A stretch of 64,000 bases of DNA, from assembly GCF_000143415.4 (NCBI RefSeq), contig NW_003314297.1:907430-971429 (forward strand), read 5' to 3'. The notes beneath the pieces are model-generated. The model was not told the DNA's origin, did no database searches, and worked only from the letters and a program-made list of their open reading frames with translations. This document shows, piece by piece, positions 11,136 to 24,899 of the stretch (position 1 is the first letter of the stretch; the number at the start of each line of letters is the position of its first letter). The position numbers were made by a program, and so were the translations under genes. This stretch comes from Selaginella moellendorffii (taxonomy: Eukaryota; Plantae; Lycopodiophyta).

Positions 11136-12641
11136 TGAAGGAGTCTAGCACGAGCGCTGAGAACTCGTCAGAAGTATCCATGGCGCAGACCGAAAGTTGC
11201 GCCACAGCAAGCCAGACTCGAGCCCTTCCGTAACTCATATAATATGGAACGGAACTGGTGCAGAGTCTAGACATTTGGGTGAATACTTCAAAGACTCGGC
11301 ATGAAGTGATCCAAAGACATGAGAATTCCAAAGAGTCCTCTCCATTGTTTGAGCGTAATGTTAGAACCTTATCCTAACATTGTATCACTTGATTACTTGA
11401 TTGTAAGGCCTTTTGTATCCTATTATCTTGACCTGGTGCCTAACAAATTCTCCAGAGAATAATCATCTTTGATCATACATTTAGTCACCATGGAAGGTCT
11501 ATTGTGGTGGACATAAGAAGCAAGGTGGTGATCGATGCAATTGGTGGAGCTGTTCCAAATGGAGCTGTTGAGTAAGCTTTTTTGTTTGTTTTTTCTCTGG
11601 GAAGGACGTTTTTCTTTCTTGTCGTTCTTTCTTTTCTAAGTCTTTCTTTAATTTAAGGTAAGCAAAGCGTCACTAACTAGTGATTGTAAAATAAAAAGAT
11701 TTTTTTTTTCATTAAAAACTAAACCTAAACCTGAAAACCATAGATTATATACTGTGTGTATACCATATGCAATTTGATACATACGGTTTCTATACATGTT
11801 TTTATACAAAATATTTAATTACTTTCTAAAATAGTTTTTTCTGTATACATTTATTTTCAAAATAACACTAGTTGAAAAATTTTGATTATTTAAAAAAAGA
11901 TTTTTTTAAAAATAAATTTCAAAAATTTCAATAAAGTTTTACCCTTATTTAATCACCCACCATTTTCTGTTAAAAAAGAAATAAGTTGTATTTCAACTAC
12001 AATTTATATATATTATTGCACTAAAAAATTCTTTACTTTTATAAAAAAAACACTTTAGAAGGTATGAAAATGTGCTACAATTCAAATTTATCACAAAATT
12101 AGTGTTTTTTAACTTAATATTATCAAAAATTTACTGTCCACTTTAAATAAAATAAAAGAGCATATTTTTTTCTATTTACATTTTTTTTATTTAAATCTTT
12201 TATGCTTTAATAAGGAAATGTTGAAATCATATGTAGTTGTTATCAAAAGGGTGATACAAATATCTATAGCAACATTTATGAAATTTTAAGTATGTCTTAA
12301 TAATATTTGAACTGAATATGGATGAGTCACTACTAATTTTTAATATGAAATTCTTATCCTCAATTGGTATAGTATTTAGATTAACCTCATATACTAGCTT
12401 ATGGTTTTTCTTTCATGGTAGTAATAAAAAAATGTTTAAAGGAAGTGTTGTTAATGTTCCTACACTTATTTCTTATAGAATTTAAAAATTACCACAATTT
12501 ATTTGATTTATATTTTAAATAATTAATTTAATTTAAATCTATCTGGAAAATAGTATAGCTCATATAGTTACTTTTAAGAATGTAATTATTAGTTTTTAAT
12601 ACCAATTTTTCAAGAAAAATTATATATTATGACAATTTATA

Positions 12642-12738
12642 ATACATATGTATATACATATATACATATACATATATGTATATATATGTGTATATGTATA
12701 TGTATATATATATATATATAGACACACCCACACACACA
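12642..12738. repeat. Compound (TA)n/(TATACA)n/(CA)n microsatellite
   Basis: Directly visible in the sequence. Confidence 0.9.
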
Positions 12739-15289
12739 ACATCACAAATCCTAATAGTGTTCTCCCACCAATGTCCTATCTAGAGTGTAACTAGAGACTA
12801 TATTCTCTTCCACTTGAAAAGAGATTCCAAACATGGAAAAGAAAGATGAATTATCTCAAATCTTTTATTACTTCTTTCCCCAATGAAATCTTTTACACCA
12901 TTGTTAAAGTGTAAGAGATTAAAAACACAACATATATCTACAATCATCATAATTCTTTGAAGAAATCCTTTTAACTTTAATCTGATGTTAATTTTAAAAA
13001 AAATACAATCTTAACAATAACCACATCAAGTAAAAAGAGAAACCTTAATTTTAAGGGATGGCCATAATATTAAAGTTAATAGAAGTATATAGTAGTGTCA
13101 CAGTCATAATGGTTAAAGCCAAGGCTACTCTACCCATTAACATCCAATGATTATAGCTAACAACTAGCATTCGTGGCCATGACTAGTTGCACCTATCATA
13201 GCTAAAAACCAAAAATAGTGAAATAATAGCTATAATTCCAACTTTATCTCTCTTATGATTTGAGATTAATGCTTGCAAACCTTAAACTTATGAGTAAAGA
13301 ATTTTCAAAGTGTTAACTTTTATATCAAAATATTCTAGAAAGTTTAAGTATATATTTGCATAGATGGAATTATATAGACGGAATATTTAGAAACTTGAAT
13401 AATAAAATAAAAATAAAAATCGCATGGGATATGCTATGGAAGCACACTATAATCTATATGAATAATCATACAGTGTATGAGTTTTATAAAATTATTTAAT
13501 TAACCATTAACAATAATGTATCAGTGATTAATAATCTATATCAAAAACTATAAACTATTTGGGCTATAAAAATTTAAATAAGAAAACTATATGAAATAAT
13601 TTTCTACACATTGCCTGCAACAACATTTGGTTTGCTTAATAGTAGTGTTAGTTAATAGTCTAATTGATCAATAATTATAAATATGTTTATAATTTATAAA
13701 TCAAGATTCTACCATTATATGGTAGAATAAAAAATAATATACTAAAGGTTTTAAATTATAAACATCTGTATATATTATAAATATAAGATTAATCTAAGAA
13801 AAAAACAATGGTTTGATGGTAGAATATCCTATAATATCCAAGAATATTCTAAATATATCCACTACCATACAGGTTTTACTTAAGCAAACCAAAAATATAT
13901 GGGTGCAGTGGAGTTTATAAAAAACATATAAGGTTTATAATTTTTTCCCACATCAACCCATATAAATTTTAACTCTGACCAAAATGTTTAACATAACTGT
14001 CATTTATGAGAACAATTGAATTGCTAAATTTAATGAACTCAAATCTTAATATATTCTTTTATAACCCATAAATATCTATTTTGTTCAAGCACATTACGGT
14101 AATGTAACTTCCCTCATGAGTGACGTTCAAAATACTACATACTACAGTTGCAGAATTTTTCATTCCATATTTTCAAAAAACAACCACATTAATTTTGATC
14201 TTGGCCTTAATATTCAAATCCTTTAAATAATATAAAATTTATCACTATCTTAACTGCTATATTCAAGTTTAGAACTATCATATACATACTTTTCATTCAA
14301 ACCCAAGGAAGTCTTACGTTATTAAAGATTTTGCTAGAGCTATTGACAAGCAATTTACCATAAAATACCAAACATCACCAAAACAAAATGTAGCATGGTG
14401 TCTATGGATATAAATAGACAATATTTACAACTTTGACAAAGGTAAAATAAATGGTAGACTTACAAAAACTAGAATTTTTTTAATGGAATTTTAAATTTAT
14501 CATAACATTAGATAAAAGAAGATATCTTTTATAAGAAGGAATAACATTCTTGAAGATCTAGATCTAGTAAACATTTTTCTTTATGCCTTTTCTTTCATGT
14601 TTTAATGTGATTTTTAGAATAGATAGATTTTTAGAATAGATACAATTTCTACTTCCATAGAAACATAAATACATTTTGCTATATATGTTATTATTTTGGT
14701 AGTAATAAACTGATAAAATATGGGGATTTGATAATGTTGTGATGTTTTAAAACTTACTATTTATACTTCACTTAATTAACAGATTTTTTAGAACATAACT
14801 GGGTCACAATGAAGTAAAAATGGATATTTTAGCTGAAGATTCACTTAAAGAATTTATCATTAGTCATAACATTTAAAAAATACTTAAAATATTGAAATAG
14901 TTATGAGTCAACCTAAAGGCATTGACTGTGATCATTATCAAGGGGACATTAAATTTAATTACCATTTCCAGGTCAGAAAAAAGATCAAAAGTATGGTATG
15001 ATCATTGTCAATCTTATTGCATGTGCTAATGTTTTCTTTTTCTTCTTTATTTCTTTCTTGCTTGGTACTCAAGCTCCTCCATGCCAAAGAGTGGTTATCT
15101 ATCATCAATCTGCTGGGAAAATCTAGTATTGCATTTAAAGTGGTTGGCCTAATTGAATTTTAGTTATTTCCTCTTGCTTTCAATCCATACTTTTTATTCT
15201 TGAATGAAATAATATACTGTTTATAAAATCAGTACAAAGCGTGAAACTCATTGAGAAAAACTTGAAAATCCTTCACACACTCCACAAAA

Positions 15290-15940
15290 TGCTTTTTGTC
15301 CCAGTCAACCCGGGCTTTGTATATCTCCACTATATCATAGTCTAGCTTTTTCTTCAGATACACACATCCATCATTTGTTATGACAACCGGAACTCAAGCT
15401 AGTCTTGCATGACAATATCATACACCTTGTACAAAATAGCATAGTTAGAGCCCACTATTACCAACACCTTGTCTCCAATCAGGCTCAATGTAGTCCTAGC
15501 CACCACATGCAGCAATGACATGCCACGCATTCTCTCCAGGTCTGTAAAATCCTAACAAGCTCCCAAACTCTGAATCTTGGTACACACCAAGTATACCATG
15601 GCACTCAAGGTGGTGGCCATTGGCCAGGACATTGTAAACCACAAGCCCAGTGCCAACACTCACCTCACCCTCTTGGAGCTTCAACACCTCACCATCGTGC
15701 ACAAAGGCATTGTAATCCCCTTTATAGTAGCCAAACCCAATTGCCACTGTTTCCAGCACTCAAGATCCCACCTACTGAATGCTATTATTTCCCGGCATTG
15801 GATCCACCCTAAACACTTTTATGGAGTTGAGGCCCTAGCACCAAATTGCACTCTTACACATGTGGAAACCCCAAATCTTGTTGTCCCCTTGGGTTGGATA
15901 GTCAAGGAGTTGAGAGTGGCTACCATGCAATCCAATGAGT
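15290..15940 (-). pseudogene. Decayed unknown gene fragment (possibly beta-propeller/Kelch-like); paralog of 48683-49340
   Basis: The reverse complement aligns with 48683-49340. Frame remnants EVLKLQEGE, LLGFYRPGENAW and NDGCVYLKKK are broken by stops. Confidence 0.45.
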
Positions 15941-15941
15941 T

Positions 15942-16760
15942 TGTACCACCTAGGAAGGGGAATAGTCAAACTTGCCTTTATTGGCCTATGTAACCAATAG
16001 ATAGTTTGCTATATGGCTTACTGCATAGTGAGTTTTTCCAAGAACACAAAAAACATGGAGTTGGTGGGAGTAACAATGATCTAGACAGGGATTTGAAGAC
16101 CCAATGGGCCACTTAGTCAAACACACACTCTATTCCTAGAGGGTCCAAGAAACCTTGCTCACTAAAGACTTTCCCCAACCAAGAAAAAGTGGCATCCTAT
16201 TCCTAACTCCCAAGATCTAAATGGATTTACAGCTTTCCTCCAGTTGCTTTGATCTAGTAGGGTTTCTGCCAAAACCAAGGTCAAGAGGCGCTATGTTATA
16301 TAGATTCCACTACACTATACCCAGGCAAAAATCTAACAAGCTGCAAAAGTAACAGTAGAGGATTACTTGACAAAATTGCTTAGGGACACCCTATTACCAG
16401 TGGCCAACTGTGAACTATAAAGAAAGCTCTCCAAAAAACACTCTAAAGTTCACTAAAAATTAAGTGCAATCTCACTTTGCACTCTTAATCTCTTCACTAT
16501 TCACTAAGATCACTTTAAGAAACACTATTAAAAACTTCAAAAAGAGGTGACTGTTGTGTTTCTCCTAACCCTTTCTTGTTGTTGCCCTCTTGTTTATAGT
16601 TAATTCTCCCACTAATTTCCTTCAAATCTTTACTATTCTTTCTTCTCCCATGATTCCCAAGGGATATCTGTGCATTTCCATGTCACACCCTAGATGCCAC
16701 ATCAATCAAACATGACTTCGACTATTTCTATAGTTTAGACAATACAACTATACCAACCCA
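15942..16760. mobile_element. Family-C LTR copy
   Basis: Begins TGTACCACC and is a direct homolog of 47398-48590 and 46200-46659. The latter ends GGTGGTAACA, the complementary terminus. Confidence 0.65.
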
Positions 16761-17221
16761 CTACTAGCTAGGATGTAATGCCAATTGCATCCTAACCAAA
16801 ATCTAGCTCAATTTATAGATTCCACTCCAACTGGTAGATATAAAATCTTCTATCTTGGAAGCCAATTATCCATGTGCTTGCTTCTATTTATCCTTTAACT
16901 TCTCTAAGTTAGAACTCTACTTGTTTTATCTTTGTAGCATTCTTTATATAAGTTTTCTATTAGCCATTCTGGCTTTACCTGGCTTCCTCAATCTATTCTC
17001 TTTTTCTGGACTTGCAAATTCCTTCTTACATTGCATCTTGAGAATCTCTACATTTAGGGAAATTATTTCCCTTTTTCCTATAACCATTTCTTCATCTTAA
17101 ATTTGACCACTTGAGATCTCCTCTTAGCTTCTTGTCTGTTCACTGCCACCTTTGGCTTCTCATATCCCTCTACTCTTAATGTTGAAATAAAAATTCTCTA
17201 TACCTACTGCTTTGTGGGAAT

Positions 17222-20200
17222 TGTAGCATATGTGGTTTTCACCCTTTATCCTATGGTGATTTATATCAAATAACCACGTAACAGAATATAAACTATCTAT
17301 GTATCACATGTCATATGCCATGTGCTACATACCGTATATTTAGGGACAATAGAGCATAACCTAAATTTCAAGGCTTTAGACCACTGAATGAAGGAATGAA
17401 GCCAAACTCTTAAGCATGGAGCCAAGAAGTGTAAAAATTAGAGCACCTAGTGACTCTTAAGTGTATAGCCTAAGGAGCGAAGGGACAAAAGCACAAAACG
17501 ACTTGAAATAGTCCTAGAGCATCTAGCATCACAATGCTAAGACAAACATGCAAAATGGAGCTAAATAGAGTTTTGCGCTATTTCAACATACTAATGGCCT
17601 AAGATGAGGATATAAGTACTCCATCAGTTAGCATGGTGTGGAATTTGGGCTTAAATCTAAACTAAATGCAAAACAAAAATACGCACATAAGCAAGAGCTA
17701 AACTATGCCTCAGGTTGATTGACCATGCCTGACTTACCCACTATCCCTACTATACATTTGAAACCCCCCACCCCCCTCTGAAGAACGCATGCTTACTAAG
17801 AGTTAGTCTCTGGGACTAACTTGAAACTTATTAAATATGAAATGGTGCTAGATTGAGAATTTGGATACAGGACCAACACCATGGTGTTTAGAACAATCTT
17901 TACATTCTGTTAATATGCCAAATTAGCAAATCTAAACATAACTTTTGAAAAAATTCATAATATTCACACTTTGTGAGAAATGCATCAATTTAAATGAGTT
18001 AGGGTAACCTCTTTATTTAACGTAAATGCGCTACATTGAAACACCTTTTGGCCATCACCAACAAGGAAATGACCAACAAAGTTAGCCACCCTTGTTGCTC
18101 TAGGTGTCACCTAGTATACAAAAGATGATAGCCCATGCTTGCATGTGGCATAGAGAGAGAAGCTAGAGGCTTCAACCTTTATAAGCAAAGAAACCAAATC
18201 TATTAGTAAAGTTTAGATAAACTATTGTAAATAGGCAATTAAAATTATTTACATGGTTATATCATTTTTAACAAAATAAAGAACATCAATAGAGAGGCAA
18301 ATGATGTGATCAGTCGATAGTAACTACCCCATGACTAAAGATTTCACTATGCACATGAAATGCCAAAACCATTCTGCCTATACTAACCCAAACTCAAAAA
18401 TTAATAAATGAACAATATTAAAGTTAAAGATAATGATATATGAGAGACTTAATTATTAGTGAATAGATCTTAGATTATAACACAAAATTATTCTAAGTAA
18501 GTTATCATCAGATAAACCAGTATTAGAGTACAAGAATCACTAAGATCATCAGAATTGGAAAACATATGATTCACCATCCAAAAATATTCAATAATAAGAG
18601 TACCATTAAGAACACCTAATGATAAAACTTAATTATCAAATATTGCAGATAACATGTTAAACAACTTATGTAAGATAACTCAAAGAACACAAAGTATTAT
18701 CGATTGGCAAGAAAAATGTTCATAAATGTATCATCCAAAGGAAATAACATTTAGTCTATCACAACTAACCATAGCAACAATCAACAGAACTAAATGAATG
18801 TAGCAAAACCAACAAACACTCATTCATGTTAATTATTGTACTAGCTAACTTGAATAGATCCCAATTAACAATACGAAAGAATTTAAATTGCTTAAGTAAG
18901 CATTAACAACATCCTATCAATATCTCCAACCCAAAAGACTAAATCAAAGTAAACCACAAAAAACATGTGGTAATGCAAAAAGCTATAAGCCATAAAAATG
19001 AATAAGTAACTATTATGAAAGAGCATTAATCATCCCATCAATGAAGAGATGCATAATCATTATTAAAAAAACAATCCACCATCTCGAAGTAAATCATTCT
19101 AGATCAATAATAATTAAGCAAAATCTGTGATAAGGATAATTAACTATCTTAGACAATAGTCAATCCTTACTAATGATTGCTAGATGCAAATACTAACTTC
19201 AACATCGAAACTAATGAGCTAAAATGCTTTTCCCAACAACTCCTAACAAATGAAACAATGAGCATGAAAACTCAAAGAACCAAAAGATTGAAGAAGTTTA
19301 TAGCCGATTCTCACTTAATAATGATCACAAGTCTTGTATGAACTAACTTCAATGTTAAAAAAGAAATTATAATATAACCTATAATATTCTTCTCAACACA
19401 TCCAAAGGTTAAGCTTTATGATGCCAAAGCTAATAAAGAGCATTTTTTCATCAATCTAAAAGTCAAGCATAACAAAGTTATGCTCAACAAGTGACCACCA
19501 ATTCGATCCTCCATGAACCCATCTATGCATAATAAAATGTAACTCATTTTATAACAAGTACAAGAAGAATCATCAATGATCGATACATCCTTAGCTTAAA
19601 TCTAACAAGGAACCAACATTTAAATATCGATCACTAACTCTTCCCTTTGTAAAACTAGTATAGTCCATAACTAAATCACTTTTCAAGGAAAAGCCAAAGC
19701 TCAACCCCTACTAAATAATCTTGTCTAGAACACAACTAACTTAATTTGTTATTTAGTTTATTTAAATGTCAAAATAGTTGCTAACTAGCAAATGTATGAA
19801 TGCTAATAACATAAAGCTACAGCTAAATCATTAACAATATCTATATTGAGATTAATGAAATTTAATATCAATTCTATGGAGAGATATCTTATTTCACTCT
19901 AATCTTAATATCAATAATATTAACGACAAGGCATTACTTCATTGCTATCAATACAAAACAAAGTTAATAGAAAACAAGAGTGAATCACCACCCAAAACTC
20001 TTTAACAACCAAGCTAACAAAAGTTGAAGATACCTTACTCAATATCCAAGATTAAACCTTTAACAAAACTTAATTACAAATAACACATAATCAAGGAGTG
20101 ATTTATCACATCTAAGACTCAATGTAATCCAACACTATGGACTAAACAAAACCAAATGGTATTAACACTGGTAGACTTAATATGCCAATATAGAAAAACC

Positions 20201-23068
20201 ATGTAAGTCTAACGATATGATCCTTTGCAACACCATTCGGTAAAGCAAATCTATCATTGCTAAATCAACATCGAGCAAAACAAGTGTCAATAGTCCTCAA
20301 CAAAGTTTACAAGCAATCACTAGTTGCAAAGTAGCTAATAATCACTTTTTCAACTTATTTTTATAAGACCTAAACACTAAACTCACATCATCAAGTTGTA
20401 TATTTGTCTAACGAAAAGGTACACTCCAGGTATTAGATATAAGAATATAGACAAACACAAATTAAATGACTACTTGAATCTAATTATACAATAATAAGCT
20501 CACTAACACATTTAACCAACAGATCTGAGCATTAGCTATGCATGATTAACAATCAATCGTAACTAAAGTGAAAATTATGAAATAGACTTATATTGATACA
20601 CAACCTCTTTATAGACAAAGCTATAGTATAAGTACTAATATCTCAACCTCAAACAACTAAGTTGGACATCACCATCCTTAACTAATGTGCACGGATACCA
20701 AATCCAAGTCAAAATCAATGAAATCTCACTACTCTTATAAAGTCTAACAAATATAAGGTGTAACTTGCCACCAAACACAATACTACAAAAGAAAGACATA
20801 ATATTCACCTTCCTAAAAAAGCACAACAACCACTTTTCTACAACTCCAGACTCTATCCAACTCAATTGCCTTAACCTCAAAAGTTAGCATCCTTTTTAGG
20901 TCGCATCATACAAACTACCTACTAAGGTTTAAATTAACCAAAGTCAACTTTAACCTTTTCATTATTTTATATTGGCTTACAAAAATGGAATAGTTTTCGA
21001 GCAAAATGAATAGCCTTTAGAAAAGTTTAAGAAAATTTATAGAAAATTTCCATCCAACAGAAAGAATGACTCTCAATTTNNNNNNNNNNNNNNNNNNNNN
21101 NNNNNNNNNNNNNNNNNNNNNNNNNNNNNNNNNNNNNNNNNNNNNNNNNNNNNNNNNNNNNNNNNNNNNNNNNNNNNNNNNNNNNNNNNNNNNNNNNNNN
21201 NNNNNNNNNNNNNNNNNNNNNNNNNNNNNNNNNNNNNNNNNNNNNNNNNNNNNNNNNNNNNNNNNNNNNNNNNNNNNNNNNNNNNNNNNNNNNNNNNNNN
21301 NNNNNNNNNNNNNNNNNNNNNNNNNNNNNNNNNNNNNNNNNNNNNNNNNNNNNNNNNNNNNNNNNNNNNNNNNNNNNNNNNNNNNNNNNNNNNNNNNNNN
21401 NNNNNNNNNNNNNNNNNNNNNNTCTACTCCAGTACTAATGGATAAATCAATAAATCATAGCAAGTGGATACTATAACCTTTTTTAACATCTAATGGGTAA
21501 ATTCACAAAGACCAAGGTACCAACTCAAGATTAACATAATGGACCACTATTAAGAATTAAGTCTAAGCTACTTCAATGTTATTACTTGCAAGTAGACTAA
21601 CTTCATTATTAACCACTTTGGGGTTGATTATAATTTAACCATACAACTTTATAAACATATTGCTCACTATCTCATGGATATAATATAAAAATCACAATGA
21701 TTTAATTATCAATTGAGCAACACCACAAGAAACACTCATATCACTACTACAAAGGTTTACGTGAGTATCAAGTGTTAACTCGATTTGACAAAATGCAACA
21801 TAAATACCACACACCGCTAATAGAGATTTACAACATCGATACCACCAACTTTTATTCACAATACGGATAAATTCATGGCACTCTCTATCCAACCAAATTC
21901 AAAACTAATCCAACACTAAGCTACTTAAGGAGCAATAGCAAAGTTCTCCCGAAAAGAATTAAACATTGTAACCTAAACCTTTCAATAGCAAGCCTAAGTA
22001 AAATAGTTTAATGCTCCACTGCTATACATCCCATGACTCACCACTTGTAAAACCATCATAACTAATATGCATCAAGATGGGAACTCTCGATTGCTGTAGC
22101 GCACAAGCAATGAGTTAACACCTTGTTGCAAACCATCTCTCCAAAAAGAGAAAATGAGTTATATGTTTGATCCTTTGTCCCTGATAATTTTCTTTTCGGA
22201 CTCTACTTTGACTAAACCTCACATTTGCATTTGCATTGCCTTTAGTCCAATCCAAGAAAAGTTTATAGGAGAGCTTATCAATGACTACTTGAACTAATAG
22301 ACTAATCTCTATAGTCTTGATTGATCCACTTATAATTATGTTTAGGAAGGATCCATTAGTGCTATGCTAAACAACTATGGACTAGCCTATTTGCCACTCT
22401 TAGCAAACCTAGGAAGGTTTACTTTTACCCACAATACATAGTTCAACTCATGGCAATAATTAATAGGCTAACATTAATTCTACCAACTTAGAGTGTAACC
22501 TTGAGTTGCTAATATGTCTCACTCACAAGCCCAAGCGCAAACTTGTGCAAATGGAATATCCCAATCCTTCTTATGAGCCAAGCTCATATAATATAGTACA
22601 AAACAGTAATCAAATCCATACTCAAAGAATGAATGTAAAGTATTAGCACCCAAACATATACCCACTCAAATCATCATTTTCATCTTTATGTATGTAACAA
22701 GAGTAGTTGCCCAATCTCATTAGATAATACTCGCTAAGAGTCATCCTTTTATACCAAATGTAATGCATTGGTTTTCACCTTTTATCCTATGGTGATTTAC
22801 CATAGGATAACCACAAAATAGAACCTAAACCATCCATATACCACGTGTCATTAACCACATGTCTAGAGTTAGTGGAGCGGAATTTGAGTTTCAAATATTT
22901 AGGGTATTGAATGAAAGAACAAAGCTAAACTCTTAAGCATGGAGCTAAGGAGTGTAAAAATTGGAGTATGGAGTGATTCCAAAACATACATCCCAAGGAG
23001 CGAAGGGACAAGAGTATAGAGTGACTTGGAATAGTCCTAAAGCATCTAGTATCTCAATGTTAAGACCA
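17222..23068 (-). mobile_element. Older, degraded family-A non-coding LTR element
   Basis: LTR starts at 17222 and 22759. The internal region is collinear with ~36870-41735, with a PBS remnant before 22759. The first LTR is deleted at ~17940 and the second breaks at ~23068. Confidence 0.88.
21080..21422. other. Assembly gap
   Basis: Run of N. Confidence 1.
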
Positions 23069-24899
23069 TAAGTAAGGCTTTTTTTGCCTATACTCGCGTT
23101 CTTACCTCTACTTGCAAAATAGTGAAAAACAAATAGAGATAAGAACGTAGAGAAGAGTAGAAGAAGAAGGAGAAGAGAACTCAATTTTGAACCATAAAGG
23201 CATGAGTAAGGATAAACATATATCACTCTTTCAACTCTACTTTGTACAAACAATCATAATCAAGAGAAAAAATGGTTAATTCAATACAAATATACACAAT
23301 AGTGAGTGGGGGATGTTTTCCAGCACGTATAAGTGCTATTTATATACTACATGATTTTATAATCATTCCTAATTACCTCACACTTGTTTATAACAAGTGT
23401 TGCTTAAGTCAGATTTTTCTTCTTTGGATGTCTAAACTTAAATGTAACCCCATTTTGCTTAAGGTTCCTTCTTTTGCTCTACCTGGGATGATACATAAGA
23501 TAAAACATTTACCTTTTCATCACTCCCCCATGACATTCTCCAAATCTTGTTCCAAGTTGCTGAGTTTGGTCTCCATAGTGATAAGTTCAACACTTTGATG
23601 TAGATTGTTAAGTTCGTGATACTTGATTTGATTTTCCTGGTCGAGCATTGCAATTTATTGATCCTAGTGGCTAATGCAGCTTGCATTGGTGGTTGTGGAA
23701 GTCGAGATCGTGCTCTTGAGTTCTTGGATTATTATAGTGTTCTGCTCACCTATGGCTCCATCCACTTTTTTGGTGATTGTCTTGAGGTAGCTCAAAACCT
23801 GTGTGCGGTACTTCATAGTTTCGTCGTCTTCTACTAGCTGCATTGGCTAGTGAACTAGCTACTTGCCTCCTCCCTTGATATATTGAGCAAACTCCTCCAT
23901 AAAGCTTCGAACTGCTGGCTCACTTGGCTAACTTGCGGTCTTGTGAGCAAAGGCACAGCTAGCCTTGACCTTGTAGTGCTACTGTGGCATTTGCTACTAT
24001 TGTGGCTGCCTTATCTGACTAGATTGATTGGGAGAGGGTGTGTTGCTATCGGATGTGTAGGTGGACTAGAGAAGACTTAGCCCATACTTCTTCAGTTCAC
24101 CTAAATCCTCTTTTGTAGCCTCATCCTCTTCATCCTATTGAGTTTTTTAGCCGTGATTTTCTTGGCCTAAACTCACCTCATTGACTATATCCATAGCCAA
24201 TGGTTTTGCAGCATCTGTAGGTGCATCATGTGTCATACATTGTGGCCTAAGTTATGAAGTTTCTTTCATAACTTCGGCATCCATTGTTTGCCTAGTGCTT
24301 GTCACTTTCCCAATGCTCAAAGAGATTTGTATAGGCATTGGGGTCGTCTCTATAGACGTAGATGAGTCATGACTCTGTTTCTAATTACAAAATTCACTTT
24401 GCAATCCTTCAACAATTGTGACAGTATATAGATTATTCCCATTTACTAAATTGATTTACTCAAGTGGTTGATCATAAGAATATGTGAAATATAGTTTCTC
24501 TATTGATCAAATTTATAAACAGGATCCTCGTTTAGGGAGAAATCTCTTATAGCCTTACCGATCTTTATTCTAGGGGCTTCTTGCCTAGGTACTTCTTTGA
24601 GTATTATATAGGGATCAACTTTTGAAATTGGCTCAATTTCATGAAAAGTTTTTAAGATTTTTTATTTTTAGAAATCATCTATACCTTCCTCTCAATCATA
24701 ACATTGAGTTTTGAGGGGTTGATTTTTCCTTTCCAATTGTATGGTGGAAGTAATAAGTATAGATTTTTTCTGGTTGCCCTGCTCTATACGCAAGAAACCA
24801 TTTTTTCAATCTTGGTTTGTGTAAGCAATTTTTAGCTAAGGTTTGCCTAGTAGAGTTTTGTAAGCAGAATCTTGTCGTGTAATTTTAAACATGATATAA

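Noticed and set aside
11600-15240. AT-rich stretch as a Helitron or DNA transposon
   Set aside because: I found no terminal inverted repeats, Helitron ends or transposase motifs.
21066-21476. 136-aa ORF
   Set aside because: Artefact of the N gap.
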